Below, one piece after another: positions 52,175 through 61,201 of a DNA stretch of 64,000 nucleotides (its first letter is position 1; every line of letters starts with the position of its first letter). The notes beneath the pieces were generated by a model. The model was not told the origin of the DNA. It saw nothing but the letters and a program-made list of their open reading frames with translations, and made no database searches. The position numbers and the translations under genes were made by a program. The DNA is from a bacterium. GTDB lineage: Bacteria; Patescibacteriota; Patescibacteriia; Patescibacteriales; JAKAJF01. The stretch is taken from assembly GCA_021788015.1 (NCBI GenBank), contig JAJYLD010000001.1, positions 273,581-337,580 on the forward strand. Direction: 5' to 3'.

Positions 52175-52183
52175 TGGTATAAT
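52175..52183 (+). promoter_or_regulatory. extended -10 promoter (TGGTATAAT)
   Basis: TGnTATAAT match. It drives the micro-ORF unit that ends at the 52315-52350 terminator. Confidence 0.5.
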
Positions 52184-52195
52184 TAAATTAGATAA

Positions 52196-52206
52196 AGTTA
52201 TCCACA
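52196..52206. promoter_or_regulatory. AGTTATCCACA 11-mer, copy 2
   Basis: Identical to 50594-50604. Confidence 0.4.
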
Positions 52207-52249
52207 GGTAAAAATTCCTCACCTTTAAGTAGGAATATAATGCAAAAAG

Positions 52250-52294
52250 ATGGCTGCAAAAAAAGCAAAAAAAGCAAAGAAAAAGAAGAAATAG
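52250..52294 (+). CDS. possible 14-aa polylysine micro-ORF (MAAKKAKKAKKKKK); alternative 21-codon frame from 52240
   Basis: It lies between the extended -10 promoter and a strong terminator. Coding status is unproven. Confidence 0.2.
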   Translation: MAAKKAKKAKKKKK

Positions 52295-52314
52295 TCTTTT
52301 TCTGATAAACTCAC

Positions 52315-52350
52315 AAAAAGAATAGTTGTTAATGCTATTCTTTTTGTTTT
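52315..52350 (+). terminator. rho-independent terminator
   Basis: AAAAAGAATAG ttgttaatg CTATTCTTTTT gtttt. Confidence 0.8.
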
Positions 52351-52529
52351 GACATAAAAATTATTTTTTAGTAAGATTACATTGTTGAAGTGCTGCCGCG
52401 AGGTAGTTTTTTATTTCAGACAAGATTATTTATTAGGAAAAATTTTCTAGTAAAATCGAAGCGCGTAATAGTGAACTATTTTTGAAATCGGGCATCGGCA
52501 GAGAAGAAAAACAAAATATTTTGATTCAT

Positions 52530-52600
52530 TCGGGGATCGTCTAATGGTAGGACAGCGGGTTTTGGTCCCGTCAATTGGGGTTCGAATCCCTATCCCCGAG
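52530..52600 (+). tRNA. tRNA-Gln (anticodon TTG)
   Basis: Acceptor TCGGGGA/TCCCCGA, anticodon arm GCGGG-TTTTGGT-CCCGT, T arm TGGGG-TTCGAAT-CCCTA. Confidence 0.9.
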
Positions 52601-52814
52601 CAAACAACGGAATCGTTCGAGAGACCGAACTGCGTCAAAAACGCCGCAAAAAAACACTTTTTTATAAAGTGTTTTTTTGTCTTAAAAACAAAGTTTTTAA
52701 TCATTAATATACCCTGCCCCAGGGAACGCAGGGTGTATTGATGATTAAAATTCCTATATTTTAAAACGGAAAATTATGTTATACTTAAATATATAACTTA
52801 AAACTTAAAAAATT

Positions 52815-53039
52815 ATGAAAAACAAAACACAAGTTATTTTAGGAGTAATTTTGGGAGTAGCCTTTTTTGTCATCGGCTATATTTACCTCTCGCATACGGC
52901 CGGCAATCTGCCGCATTTTTTCCCGGGTTATAAAGAAGGTTATGAGCATGTCCATGCCAAGCACGCCATCGCGTCTTTTATTGTGGGGATCGCATGTTTT
53001 ATTTACGCATGGTTTCAAAGCGGACCCAAACAGAAATAG
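52815..53039 (+). CDS. small two-TM membrane protein (74 aa)
   Basis: Hydrophobic segments VILGVILGVAFFVIGYIYL and AIASFIVGIACFIYAWF. Confidence 0.55.
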   Translation: MKNKTQVILGVILGVAFFVIGYIYLSHTAGNLPHFFPGYKEGYEHVHAKHAIASFIVGIACFIYAWFQSGPKQK

Positions 53040-53043
53040 ATAA

Positions 53044-53904
53044 TTATCTAAAATACAAAATTAAAAGAGAGATGACCCCTGCCGCCGCGCAATAAATGGC
53101 GAAGGGGGTCAATTTGTTTGTGTGAAAATATTTGACCAAAAATTTGATTGCCAGATAAGCGGTAAGACCGGCGCAAACAGCGCCTAAAATGGCGGGACCC
53201 ATTAAATTATGATTTCCGGCCATGAAAAATGCCGGCAATTCCAAAGCCGCCGCCGCTCCAATAATCGGGGTGGCCAAAAGGAAACTGAATCGAAGGGAAT
53301 CCTCGTGGGATAACCCGGTAAGCAAGCCGCCGGCCATGGTTGCGCCCGAACGCGAGAAGCCGGGAATAAGAGCGATAATTTGCGCCACACCGACTTTTAG
53401 AGCCTGGCTCCAAGTGAGCCGGGCGACTCTTTGGTCGGAAGTATTCTCATCATTATTTTCCGGCGCTTTTCCCCTTAATATTTCGGCGCCATATAACAGC
53501 AATCCGTTACCAATAAGAAAAATCGCGGCGATTGATGGCGAAGAAAATAAAATTTGCAATTTTTCTTTAAATATCAAGCCGAGCATGCCCGCCGGAATGG
53601 TCCCTACCACGAGAAGCCATCCTAGTTTTGCATAATAATCATCGGCGGCAATAGTGCGTGCGTACAACGATCGTCCCATACCTTTTGCAATGTTTACCCA
53701 ATCTTTCCAAAAGAAAAAAAATAAAACCAAGGCGGTGGCGAAGTGCGTAGCCACCAAAAAATTTAGAAAAAGCGGATCATTTCGCTGAATGTTCCAACCG
53801 ACCAATGTTGGAAAAATGACAGTATGCCCAAGGCTGGAAATCGGAAACAATTCCGAAATACCCTGGAGCAAGCCGATAATTATTGCTTGAAAATATGTAA
53901 TCAT
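53044..53904 (-). CDS. uppP: undecaprenyl-diphosphate phosphatase
   Basis: GLLQGISELFPISSLGH and PGFSRSGATMAGG. Met-15 of the track ORF is taken as the start. Confidence 0.85.
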   Translation of the reverse strand: MITYFQAIIIGLLQGISELFPISSLGHTVIFPTLVGWNIQRNDPLFLNFLVATHFATALVLFFFFWKDWVNIAKGMGRSLYARTIAADDYYAKLGWLLVVGTIPAGMLGLIFKEKLQILFSSPSIAAIFLIGNGLLLYGAEILRGKAPENNDENTSDQRVARLTWSQALKVGVAQIIALIPGFSRSGATMAGGLLTGLSHEDSLRFSFLLATPIIGAAAALELPAFFMAGNHNLMGPAILGAVCAGLTAYLAIKFLVKYFHTNKLTPFAIYCAAAGVISLLILYFR

Positions 53905-53973
53905 ATAACTTATCATATCTCCCTGAAAAAAATAAAGCAAACGCAAATAAAAAGGGTTCGTTTAAACGTTCCC

Positions 53974-55056
53974 TTATTTTCTCGAAGAGATTACCTTAAG
54001 GGCGGCAATGGTGGCCGGAGTTTTTAGAACTCTCGCGATCCCTTCATATTTGTTTTTTGCCGATGTCGGAGCAATCCTTAAGATTTTTCCAATTTCATCC
54101 CATCTTTTACCTTCGGATTTCAATCGCATAATCTTAAAGAGCAATTCCGCCCTTTTTTTACTTCGGGTCGGAAGCGCTTCCTCTATCGCCCTTTTGACCG
54201 TTTCCCAAAAAGGACCTGAAAGATTTTTGTCCTCCAACGCTTTAAAAGCTTCACCAGCATTCCCGCAGGCAATCTTTTCGTGAAGACAAGCCTCATCATC
54301 CTCTCCCATGAAACCATCGAGGCGCAAAAATTTTTTCCTTGCTTCGAGAGCGTCCCTGACCTCTTTTTCTTTAACTTCAATCAAGTCGGCAGTTTCTTTG
54401 TCAGTCGGCTCCCGGTTGTTCTGCGAGAATAGTTTCTCTCGTGCTCCATCGATTTTTCCAAGAAGTTCTTGGATATGCACAGGCAACCTGATGGTACGGG
54501 AATCATCCATAATTGATCTTGTTATTGCCTGCCGTATCCACCAGGTTGCGTAAGTGGAAAATTTGAAACCTTTTTCGTATTTGAATTTGTCCGCCGCCCT
54601 CATGAGTCCGATATTGCCTTCCTGAATAAGATCAAGCAAGGGTAAACCTCGACCGAGGTAAAACTTTGCGATATTTATTACCAGCCGAAGGTTTCTGTGA
54701 ACAAGCTCATGTCTGAGCGCGTTTATTTCTTCTTCGACCATTTGTATCGCTTTTAACAAACCGCTAGATCCGCCGTTTTTACAGGCGGATAAACAAAACG
54801 CCCCTAGCAGTTCGTTTAGAATTGATTCGGCTCCTTCAATCGCCTGGGCCAATTCAACTTCTTCTTTCCTGCTCATTAATTCGCCCGTTACCACGCCCAT
54901 GTCTAACATGTACCGCTTGATCATGTCTAATTCGCTTGGGTCAAATTCGCCGGGTTCATATATAATTGAATCGGCTTCGTCTCTTGAAGCCAATTCAATC
55001 TCTTCCGGGCATTCCTCTTTATTTGAAGCGCCTTCTTTAAGAAAACATTCGTCCAT
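53974..55056 (-). CDS. sigma-70 family RNA polymerase sigma factor (RpoD-like regions 1.2-4)
   Basis: NLRLVINIAKFY, DLIQEGNIGLMRAADKFKYEKGFKFSTYATWWIRQAI, IRLPVH, and a divergent region 4. Strong SD AGGAGG. Confidence 0.85.
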   Translation of the reverse strand: MDECFLKEGASNKEECPEEIELASRDEADSIIYEPGEFDPSELDMIKRYMLDMGVVTGELMSRKEEVELAQAIEGAESILNELLGAFCLSACKNGGSSGLLKAIQMVEEEINALRHELVHRNLRLVINIAKFYLGRGLPLLDLIQEGNIGLMRAADKFKYEKGFKFSTYATWWIRQAITRSIMDDSRTIRLPVHIQELLGKIDGAREKLFSQNNREPTDKETADLIEVKEKEVRDALEARKKFLRLDGFMGEDDEACLHEKIACGNAGEAFKALEDKNLSGPFWETVKRAIEEALPTRSKKRAELLFKIMRLKSEGKRWDEIGKILRIAPTSAKNKYEGIARVLKTPATIAALKVISSRK

Positions 55057-55159
55057 TTTGTCCTCCTATTACGTAATCTTTGTTTGAATTTGCTTATTTG
55101 CCAAAGAGCAAACTATGCCCTTGTTTTATGTAATATTTGGGTTTTGTCAATTATATGAT

Positions 55160-55909
55160 TTATTGCGCTACGATAAAGCGACCATACATCCCCTTACTCG
55201 CGTGATCATAATACTGGCAGAGATAATAATAAGTGCCGGAAGCGGGAACCCGGAAAGTAATCGAACCTTCATAATAAGACGACTCCTGCGCGTCCTCCAG
55301 CTGCCGAGGCGGAAGAACGGGTATGCCGACAAGCGAACCGGGCATCCCCATCATTGAGAGGACGGGATAAGGCGGAGCATCCGGCGTTATCACCACCCCG
55401 TGATTCATGCCGCCGCCGTAGTCCATATTAAAAAAATCGAGAGTGACGGCGGATCCGGCCGGAACAACGATAGTCGGATTGACAAGACCGGCCACTTCGA
55501 AAGTGGTATCGGGAAAATTCGGTTGCACGGCGGCCATGGCGATTTCTATTCGATCGCCCGTGAAAGTTACCTGATTCTTAGCTTTGTTTATACGAGCGGA
55601 ATCGGTCGTTTGTTTAAGGAGCCGCATTGCGTCGGAAAAGCTTGATTGGCGAACGTCTTGTCGGCCGTAATTTTCCATCATTCCGTTTGCCGTGCCACCC
55701 GTAATTCCGCCGGGTGTCGGCCCGTGTTGCCCTCGATTTGCCGTCGCTTGGTCGTTGCCGGACGAAGAGCCGCCGTTGTTTATTCTTAATGCTTGCGGAT
55801 TGTTGTTCAGGTAATACTGTCGTCCGTATCCATGGAACATTCCGGCCGCGACCAAAGCGCCAATCGCAACAATTCCCGCGATTCCCGCGATTATATATTC
55901 TTTCTTCAT
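55160..55909 (-). CDS. membrane-anchored cupredoxin (type-1 copper, sulfocyanin/plastocyanin-like)
   Basis: N-terminal TM, a G/N/T-rich linker, and ligand pattern H (MNHGVV) ... C-x4-H-x4-M (YYLCQYYDHASKGMYG). Confidence 0.7.
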   Translation of the reverse strand: MKKEYIIAGIAGIVAIGALVAAGMFHGYGRQYYLNNNPQALRINNGGSSSGNDQATANRGQHGPTPGGITGGTANGMMENYGRQDVRQSSFSDAMRLLKQTTDSARINKAKNQVTFTGDRIEIAMAAVQPNFPDTTFEVAGLVNPTIVVPAGSAVTLDFFNMDYGGGMNHGVVITPDAPPYPVLSMMGMPGSLVGIPVLPPRQLEDAQESSYYEGSITFRVPASGTYYYLCQYYDHASKGMYGRFIVAQ

Positions 55910-55997
55910 AAATTTATGATTGATAACAAATATTACACATCCTATTTCGTTTATAACTAATTGTCAAAACCCATGTTTCTTTGAAGATAGATAAGTT

Positions 55998-57269
55998 TTA
56001 ATAATTGATAACCACTTTTTCCATCGCCGCTATTTCCCCGATGTTGTAATGGGAGGCGAAGCTTATGTCTTTCCCGTTGGCGAGATACGGGTCGCGCATC
56101 GTGTAATGGCCATTATCGCCGCTCACCAAAACGACAAAATGCGTACCTCCATAAACCCTTAATTCGACGATTACCGGCGTACCATGCGCCAGAGTTTGGT
56201 CGAGGAGGGAAGAAATACGCGTAGCCGAAACGCCATCGACCGATATGGTTTTTAACAAATAGGCGGGAGCGTAGGGAGCGAAGTTATCCGGGTTGGCGTT
56301 AATTGTCAACGGAGTAACATTGCGATACCCGTAGTGGGTCATCACCATTGCCATCGATGTTACAAGACAGCCGTCGCTGGCGAGAGTGTAGCCGGTGCCG
56401 TCCAGCGCCTTTCCGCCCCAGGCTTCATCCCGCTGATTATAATAGCACCCCCAGGTATCGCAAACCGTCTCATTGCCGAGAATTTTCGCGCCCCCGGCAT
56501 TTTTAATAAAGGTGGCGTAACTGTTCAGTTCGGCTTCCGCTTTGGCGAGCAACTTTTGATAGTTCGATTCTTTGTTTTGTGTGACTGCCAAAAGCCGACC
56601 TTTCAACTTCGCCGTCGAATCAAGCGTCTGTTGTTGCGAAGCCAATTGCGCATTCTGATCCGCCAGCGCCTGCTGCTGTTGTTTTTCGGCGGCTTGGCGA
56701 TCGGACAGCGTCGCCTTTTCCGTTTTTAAGTTATCGACCTTCTTTCGGAAAGCGTTCGTAATATCAAGAATATCGTTGAGGTCTAGCCAGGCATCGGAAA
56801 AATTGTTCGCCGACAAGAATTTCATCAGCATCGTTTCATTGTCCAATTTATATAAAGCATTCAGCGAAACGGCTATTTGATTTTTGTAGTTATCGATATT
56901 TTTCTGCGCCTCCTCAATCTGGCTTCCCAACGCCTCGAGCCGCAGTTCGGATACGGACTGTTGGATATGAGTCTCCTCGATCTGTGTCGTTACCCGACCT
57001 TGTCGCAAATCTAAAATTCTTATCGCCGATTGCAGCGTTTTTTTATCCTTGCCCGCCTGTTTTAATTGTGTTTGATAATCGTCTATTTTTTTATTCAGTA
57101 TTATCATCTGCTGCGTGGCCGCATCGATTTGGCTTTGCCAATCATTCGCGTCGTTGGAAGCGCTAAAAACGGAAACAGAAGTAAAAAGAGTCGATAATAT
57201 CAATCCGGCGAAGGCGATTCCCGTTGTAATTCTTATTATTAAACGTTTGCCTTTTGGTAAAATTCCCAT
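55998..57269 (-). CDS. secreted coiled-coil protein with C-terminal papain-like (C39-like) cysteine peptidase domain
   Basis: TM/signal, a Q-rich coiled coil of ~230 aa, then YYNQRD..WGG....GCLVTSMAMVMTHYGY...GTHFVVLVSG. Confidence 0.7.
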   Translation of the reverse strand: MGILPKGKRLIIRITTGIAFAGLILSTLFTSVSVFSASNDANDWQSQIDAATQQMIILNKKIDDYQTQLKQAGKDKKTLQSAIRILDLRQGRVTTQIEETHIQQSVSELRLEALGSQIEEAQKNIDNYKNQIAVSLNALYKLDNETMLMKFLSANNFSDAWLDLNDILDITNAFRKKVDNLKTEKATLSDRQAAEKQQQQALADQNAQLASQQQTLDSTAKLKGRLLAVTQNKESNYQKLLAKAEAELNSYATFIKNAGGAKILGNETVCDTWGCYYNQRDEAWGGKALDGTGYTLASDGCLVTSMAMVMTHYGYRNVTPLTINANPDNFAPYAPAYLLKTISVDGVSATRISSLLDQTLAHGTPVIVELRVYGGTHFVVLVSGDNGHYTMRDPYLANGKDISFASHYNIGEIAAMEKVVINY

Positions 57270-57514
57270 ATACTAAATACTGTACCAAAAAACAGGCGGG
57301 ATAACAATTCAAAACCCAAATTCATTTTAATTGGAACCAAAATCGATAATTATCAAAGGAAGGTGTTTGCGCAAACGTTAAAAAACGCGATCCGATCCGA
57401 GTGTTTTAATTGTTACGATTTGGCGAGACGCATTATCCATAAATTTAATTTATTGTGAATTCATCTGATATTCATAATTTGTATGATATGCTTAAAATAT
57501 TATAAAATAAATTA

Positions 57515-57672
57515 GAACCTGTCTCAAAAATAGCTTTTAGTCTTTTCCAAGGATTTTTCGAGCGAAAAATCCAAAAATTGAGGAGGAATAGCAAGATATT
57601 TCGACGAGATTTTTGAATTTTGTAGCCGAAAAAAACTGAAAAAGAGCCAAAGAATATTTTTGAGATAAGTTC
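57515..57672. repeat. 158-nt inverted-repeat-bounded element with inner hairpin and orphan GAGGAGG
   Basis: GAACCTGTCTCAAAAATA (57515-57532) pairs with TATTTTTGAGATAAGTTC (57655-57672) at 16/18. The inner hairpin is GGATTTTTCG agc GAAAAATCC. Confidence 0.6.
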
Positions 57673-57701
57673 TAGTTACCCAATCAGAGACCCAAACAAT
57701 T

Positions 57702-58511
57702 ATGAATACCAATATAAATACCAACAAAACGGAATTAACCCCAAAAAACAAATCGGGAGTCTATTCGCCTTACGATTCATATGATTATTCCCAATTTTGG
57801 ACAGGCAGGGACTACGAACACAAGGCTGATGTTATGGCTTTGCTTGGATTGTTGCGACGCGCTCAAAATGCTCGACGACATATAATTGATGTGGGAGGAG
57901 GGATGGGGAGGCTGACAAGATATTATGCCGATCTTTACAGTAAGGCGACTATTGTCGATCCATCGTCCGATCAACTTAAAAAAGCTAAGGAGAACGTAGG
58001 AAGCGCATATAACGGTATTTCTTTCGTGAAAGGCATCGGTCAACAACTTCCATTCGCCGACGCTTATGCTGATTGTATTGTATGCATGCGTGTTTCTCAC
58101 CATATAAAAAATATTGAAGCCGTCATCGACGAAAGCAGACGAGTACTTGTTCCTGGAGGATATTTTATTCTAGAAATCGCGAATAAACTTCATTTCAAGG
58201 CGTATTGTAAATCAATATGCAGGCCGGGGACGCAAAAAGATATTTTTTCAGAAAAACCTCTTTGCGTAAACATCAACAATAAACATATAACGTTTGTGAA
58301 TCACAGTCCGCGCAGTGTTAAGCGAGCATTTACAAACGCCGGTTTTAAAATAGTCGCGATCCGGTCAGTATCAAATTTTCGATCTTCTCTTTTTAAAAAA
58401 TTGTTACCGCTATCGTTGTTGTTATTTTTAGAGCGCGCCACCCAACCGATACTCGCTCGTTGGTTCTTTGGGCCGAGTATATATTTTCTCGTTGAAAAAA
58501 TACAGAATTAA
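57702..58511 (+). CDS. class I SAM-dependent methyltransferase
   Basis: Motif I IIDVGGGMGRLT; acidic residue after beta-2 (VDPS). Confidence 0.8.
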   Translation: MNTNINTNKTELTPKNKSGVYSPYDSYDYSQFWTGRDYEHKADVMALLGLLRRAQNARRHIIDVGGGMGRLTRYYADLYSKATIVDPSSDQLKKAKENVGSAYNGISFVKGIGQQLPFADAYADCIVCMRVSHHIKNIEAVIDESRRVLVPGGYFILEIANKLHFKAYCKSICRPGTQKDIFSEKPLCVNINNKHITFVNHSPRSVKRAFTNAGFKIVAIRSVSNFRSSLFKKLLPLSLLLFLERATQPILARWFFGPSIYFLVEKIQN

Positions 58512-58657
58512 TTTATAATGAAAATTGTTTCTAAAAAATAAATCATTTCGCGGATTGTCCGTCTGTAATCATGCTGTAATAAAGTTAAAAAACTCTTTTT
58601 AATTTAAAAAGGTCAGCTTGATAATCTTTCACTCCATGTGCTATACTTCCATTATGT

Positions 58658-60121
58658 ATGCCAATACCAGTATTAAACGAAAAGCAAAAACCGGCATTTA
58701 ACCGGCATCCGATCCAAGAGGAACAAGAGTCAATAGTCCGGCGAAAACCATTACGAACAAAAACATTAAGAAAAATTTTCTTAATTTTTTTTGTACTTTT
58801 GTTAATTTTTACGGGTGGAGCGATTTGGAAGCTTAATGCCATTGGCGGCAAAATTTTTAATTCCCGATTTTCTTTTTTTCAACAAGCCGCTGATTTTATC
58901 ACGGGCAATCGAGCCGGGGCCATGGATGGCGAAAACCAAGACCAAATTAATATTTTGCTTTTAGGCTACGGCGGCGAAGGTCATGACGGTCCCTATCTGA
59001 CTGACAGCATGCTTTTGGCAAGCGTCAGGCCGGCTGATAAAAAAATTATACTGACTTCGATTCCCAGGGATTATTATTATCCGTCCGGACTCGGCGAAAA
59101 AATCAATGCCGCCTTCCCTTCCGGATTCGGCAACCAGTATAAAATAACCGGCCGAGATTTAGAGAACGGAGGCGCGGCGGCCGAGGCGGCGGTGGAAAAA
59201 TTAAGCGGCATGAATATACCCTATTTTGTTTCCATGGACTTTCAGGGTTTTGAGGATGCCGTTAACCGAGTCGGCGGCATTCGGGTTGATGTGCAAAATT
59301 CTTTTACCGATTATGCGTTTCCCAACGGGGATAATAATGCTTCGGGTCCTTGGTGCATGGCTCCTCCGGGCGATACGACCAGCGCTTGCCGATATATCGA
59401 AGTGCATTTTGACGCCGGTCCGCAAACCATGAACGGCCTGACCGCCTTGCAATTTGTCCGTTCCCGCCACGCCCAAGGCGTCGAAGGCACGGATTTCGCG
59501 CGGGGGAAGCGTCAACAACTGGTTTTAGAAGCTTTTAAAAATAAGATGGAACAACTCAATTTATTTAGCAACGCTTCGGATATTAATGACTTGATCAACA
59601 TTCTTGCCAATCACTTGCATACCAATCTGACCTTGGCGCAGGCCAATCATTTATTTCAAATTTTCAGGCAACCGGGCATGCAAGTAATCAGCCAGAGTTT
59701 GGACCCGGATACCGGTTTGGTTTGCAACGGGAAACTGCCGACCGACGGCGCGGACATAGTACAGCCCTGCGGCGGAATCAGCGACAGCCAAATAGCGCAG
59801 TTTTTCCAGAACGGCTTCGAGACCGCCCCTGTCAGAAACGAGCGAGCCGGAATTATTTTAGAAAACTACAACGCGTCCTATACGGAATACCAACAAATAA
59901 AAAAGGAAATAAAAGACGCCGGCATCGTCGTTTACGAAACGCCTTACCATTACCAACCCTTGAACCAAAGCGTTATCTATACCGTCGACAGCAAACCGAA
60001 TACGCAAGCGTTTTTGGAAAAACTTTTAAACGTAACCGCGGAGCCGTTGCCTTCCAATATGAGGGCGGAAGCGGACTTGGTAGTCGTTATTGCCGATAAT
60101 GGCAGTCAAGGAAGCAACTAA
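58658..60121 (+). CDS. LytR-CpsA-Psr (LCP) family cell-envelope phosphotransferase
   Basis: TM, then INILLLGYGGEGHDGPYLTDSMLLASV...TSIPRD...FVRSRH. Confidence 0.85.
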   Translation: MPIPVLNEKQKPAFNRHPIQEEQESIVRRKPLRTKTLRKIFLIFFVLLLIFTGGAIWKLNAIGGKIFNSRFSFFQQAADFITGNRAGAMDGENQDQINILLLGYGGEGHDGPYLTDSMLLASVRPADKKIILTSIPRDYYYPSGLGEKINAAFPSGFGNQYKITGRDLENGGAAAEAAVEKLSGMNIPYFVSMDFQGFEDAVNRVGGIRVDVQNSFTDYAFPNGDNNASGPWCMAPPGDTTSACRYIEVHFDAGPQTMNGLTALQFVRSRHAQGVEGTDFARGKRQQLVLEAFKNKMEQLNLFSNASDINDLINILANHLHTNLTLAQANHLFQIFRQPGMQVISQSLDPDTGLVCNGKLPTDGADIVQPCGGISDSQIAQFFQNGFETAPVRNERAGIILENYNASYTEYQQIKKEIKDAGIVVYETPYHYQPLNQSVIYTVDSKPNTQAFLEKLLNVTAEPLPSNMRAEADLVVVIADNGSQGSN

Positions 60122-60254
60122 AAACAAAATACGCATTGGCCAAAACAGGAAAGGCCATAATTTAAAACGTTAAAAATATTTCGCTTCGTCCCCGCAATGA
60201 GGGCAAAAATAAAACCGACTTTTTTGTCGGTTTTATTTTCAGAATTTTTTAAAA

Positions 60255-61052
60255 TTAGACATGAATACTGTTGTACACCTCTGTGGTTATCACTCGTATG
60301 CCATGACTGGCCGCGTAAGATGTTACTTTCGCCCTTACCGTCGGACGAACGAATGACGGCACTCTGTAAAGTTCGCTTAACGCTCCCGATGTCCAAACAA
60401 CCGAACCCGATCCTTGATAATATGATGCCGTTTTCGGTCTGTACGTCGACGATTCCGTTCTTGCGGAAACGTTTCCTTGCGCCAAAGCCGAATGAATTTG
60501 TCCGGTCGCTCCCGGGATGATAAGCGTTTGGCCGATTTTAAGATAACCGTCGGATGAAATATCGTTGGCTTCGCTTATTTTATCCGCCGAGACATTGAAT
60601 TCCGAAGCGATTCCGGAAAGAGTGTCACCGCTTCGCACTTCGTAAGCGACTCCGCTTATCGGCAAGATGGACAAATGTTCGCCGGGCCTTATCAAGCTCT
60701 GCGCTTTCAAATTATTTTGAACAAGAATCGTGTCGACGGATATCCCGAATTTTTGGGCGATCGAACCTACGGTATCGCCCTGCTGTACTGTATATTCGAT
60801 AATTTTTGTCCTCGCCGCGTTTGTTCCATTTGTTGCCGCCGTTGTCGCCGCGGCGCCTGACGTTTTATCCGTCGTCGTCGCTTCGGCGGCGACTTGCTGC
60901 GCGATGCCCGCCTTAGTTTCCGTTATTTGCGCGTCTTGATTCGACGCTATCGCCTGAGAAGAAACATTTTTATGAGTCAACAGTTTCACGCCTCCGAAAA
61001 TTAAACCGCCGGCAACCAACAGAGGAGCCAAAAAATGTATAATTGTTTTCAT
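60255..61052 (-). CDS. secreted protein with two LysM domains and unknown C-terminal domain
   Basis: YTVQQGDTVGSIAQKFGISVDTILVQNNL and YEVRSGDTLSGIASEFNVSADKISEAN. Confidence 0.8.
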   Translation of the reverse strand: MKTIIHFLAPLLVAGGLIFGGVKLLTHKNVSSQAIASNQDAQITETKAGIAQQVAAEATTTDKTSGAAATTAATNGTNAARTKIIEYTVQQGDTVGSIAQKFGISVDTILVQNNLKAQSLIRPGEHLSILPISGVAYEVRSGDTLSGIASEFNVSADKISEANDISSDGYLKIGQTLIIPGATGQIHSALAQGNVSARTESSTYRPKTASYYQGSGSVVWTSGALSELYRVPSFVRPTVRAKVTSYAASHGIRVITTEVYNSIHV

Positions 61053-61201
61053 AATATAATATTTATATACAATTTATACCTTACACCGAAAAAGAAAAAA
61101 ATGCAACCAATTTTATGGCAGAGTCGTCCGCGCTTGTTTTGACTTTTCAAAGTTTTTATTGTAAACTTAAACTACTTTTGGAGGTTAAATGGTTAAATTG
61201 C

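Noticed and set aside
50594-52206. Two perfect DnaA boxes 1.6 kb apart as a replication origin.
   Set aside because: There are only two boxes, with no dnaA/dnaN and no obvious AT-rich unwinding repeats. A third perfect TTATCCACA occurs inside a coding region (48980-48988), so the 9-mer alone arises by chance in this AT-rich genome. Only the shared 11-mer context is retained as a finding.
52447-52704. 85-aa minus-strand ORF.
   Set aside because: It spans tRNA-Gln and its terminator, so it cannot be a real gene.
53040-61060. A discrete GC-rich genomic island covering uppP through the LysM gene.
   Set aside because: Sampled lines give ~45-60% G+C. Ribosomal and synthetase genes elsewhere are also ~45%, and the methyltransferase in the middle is lower. 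Heterogeneity is real, but I cannot define island borders without computing a profile.
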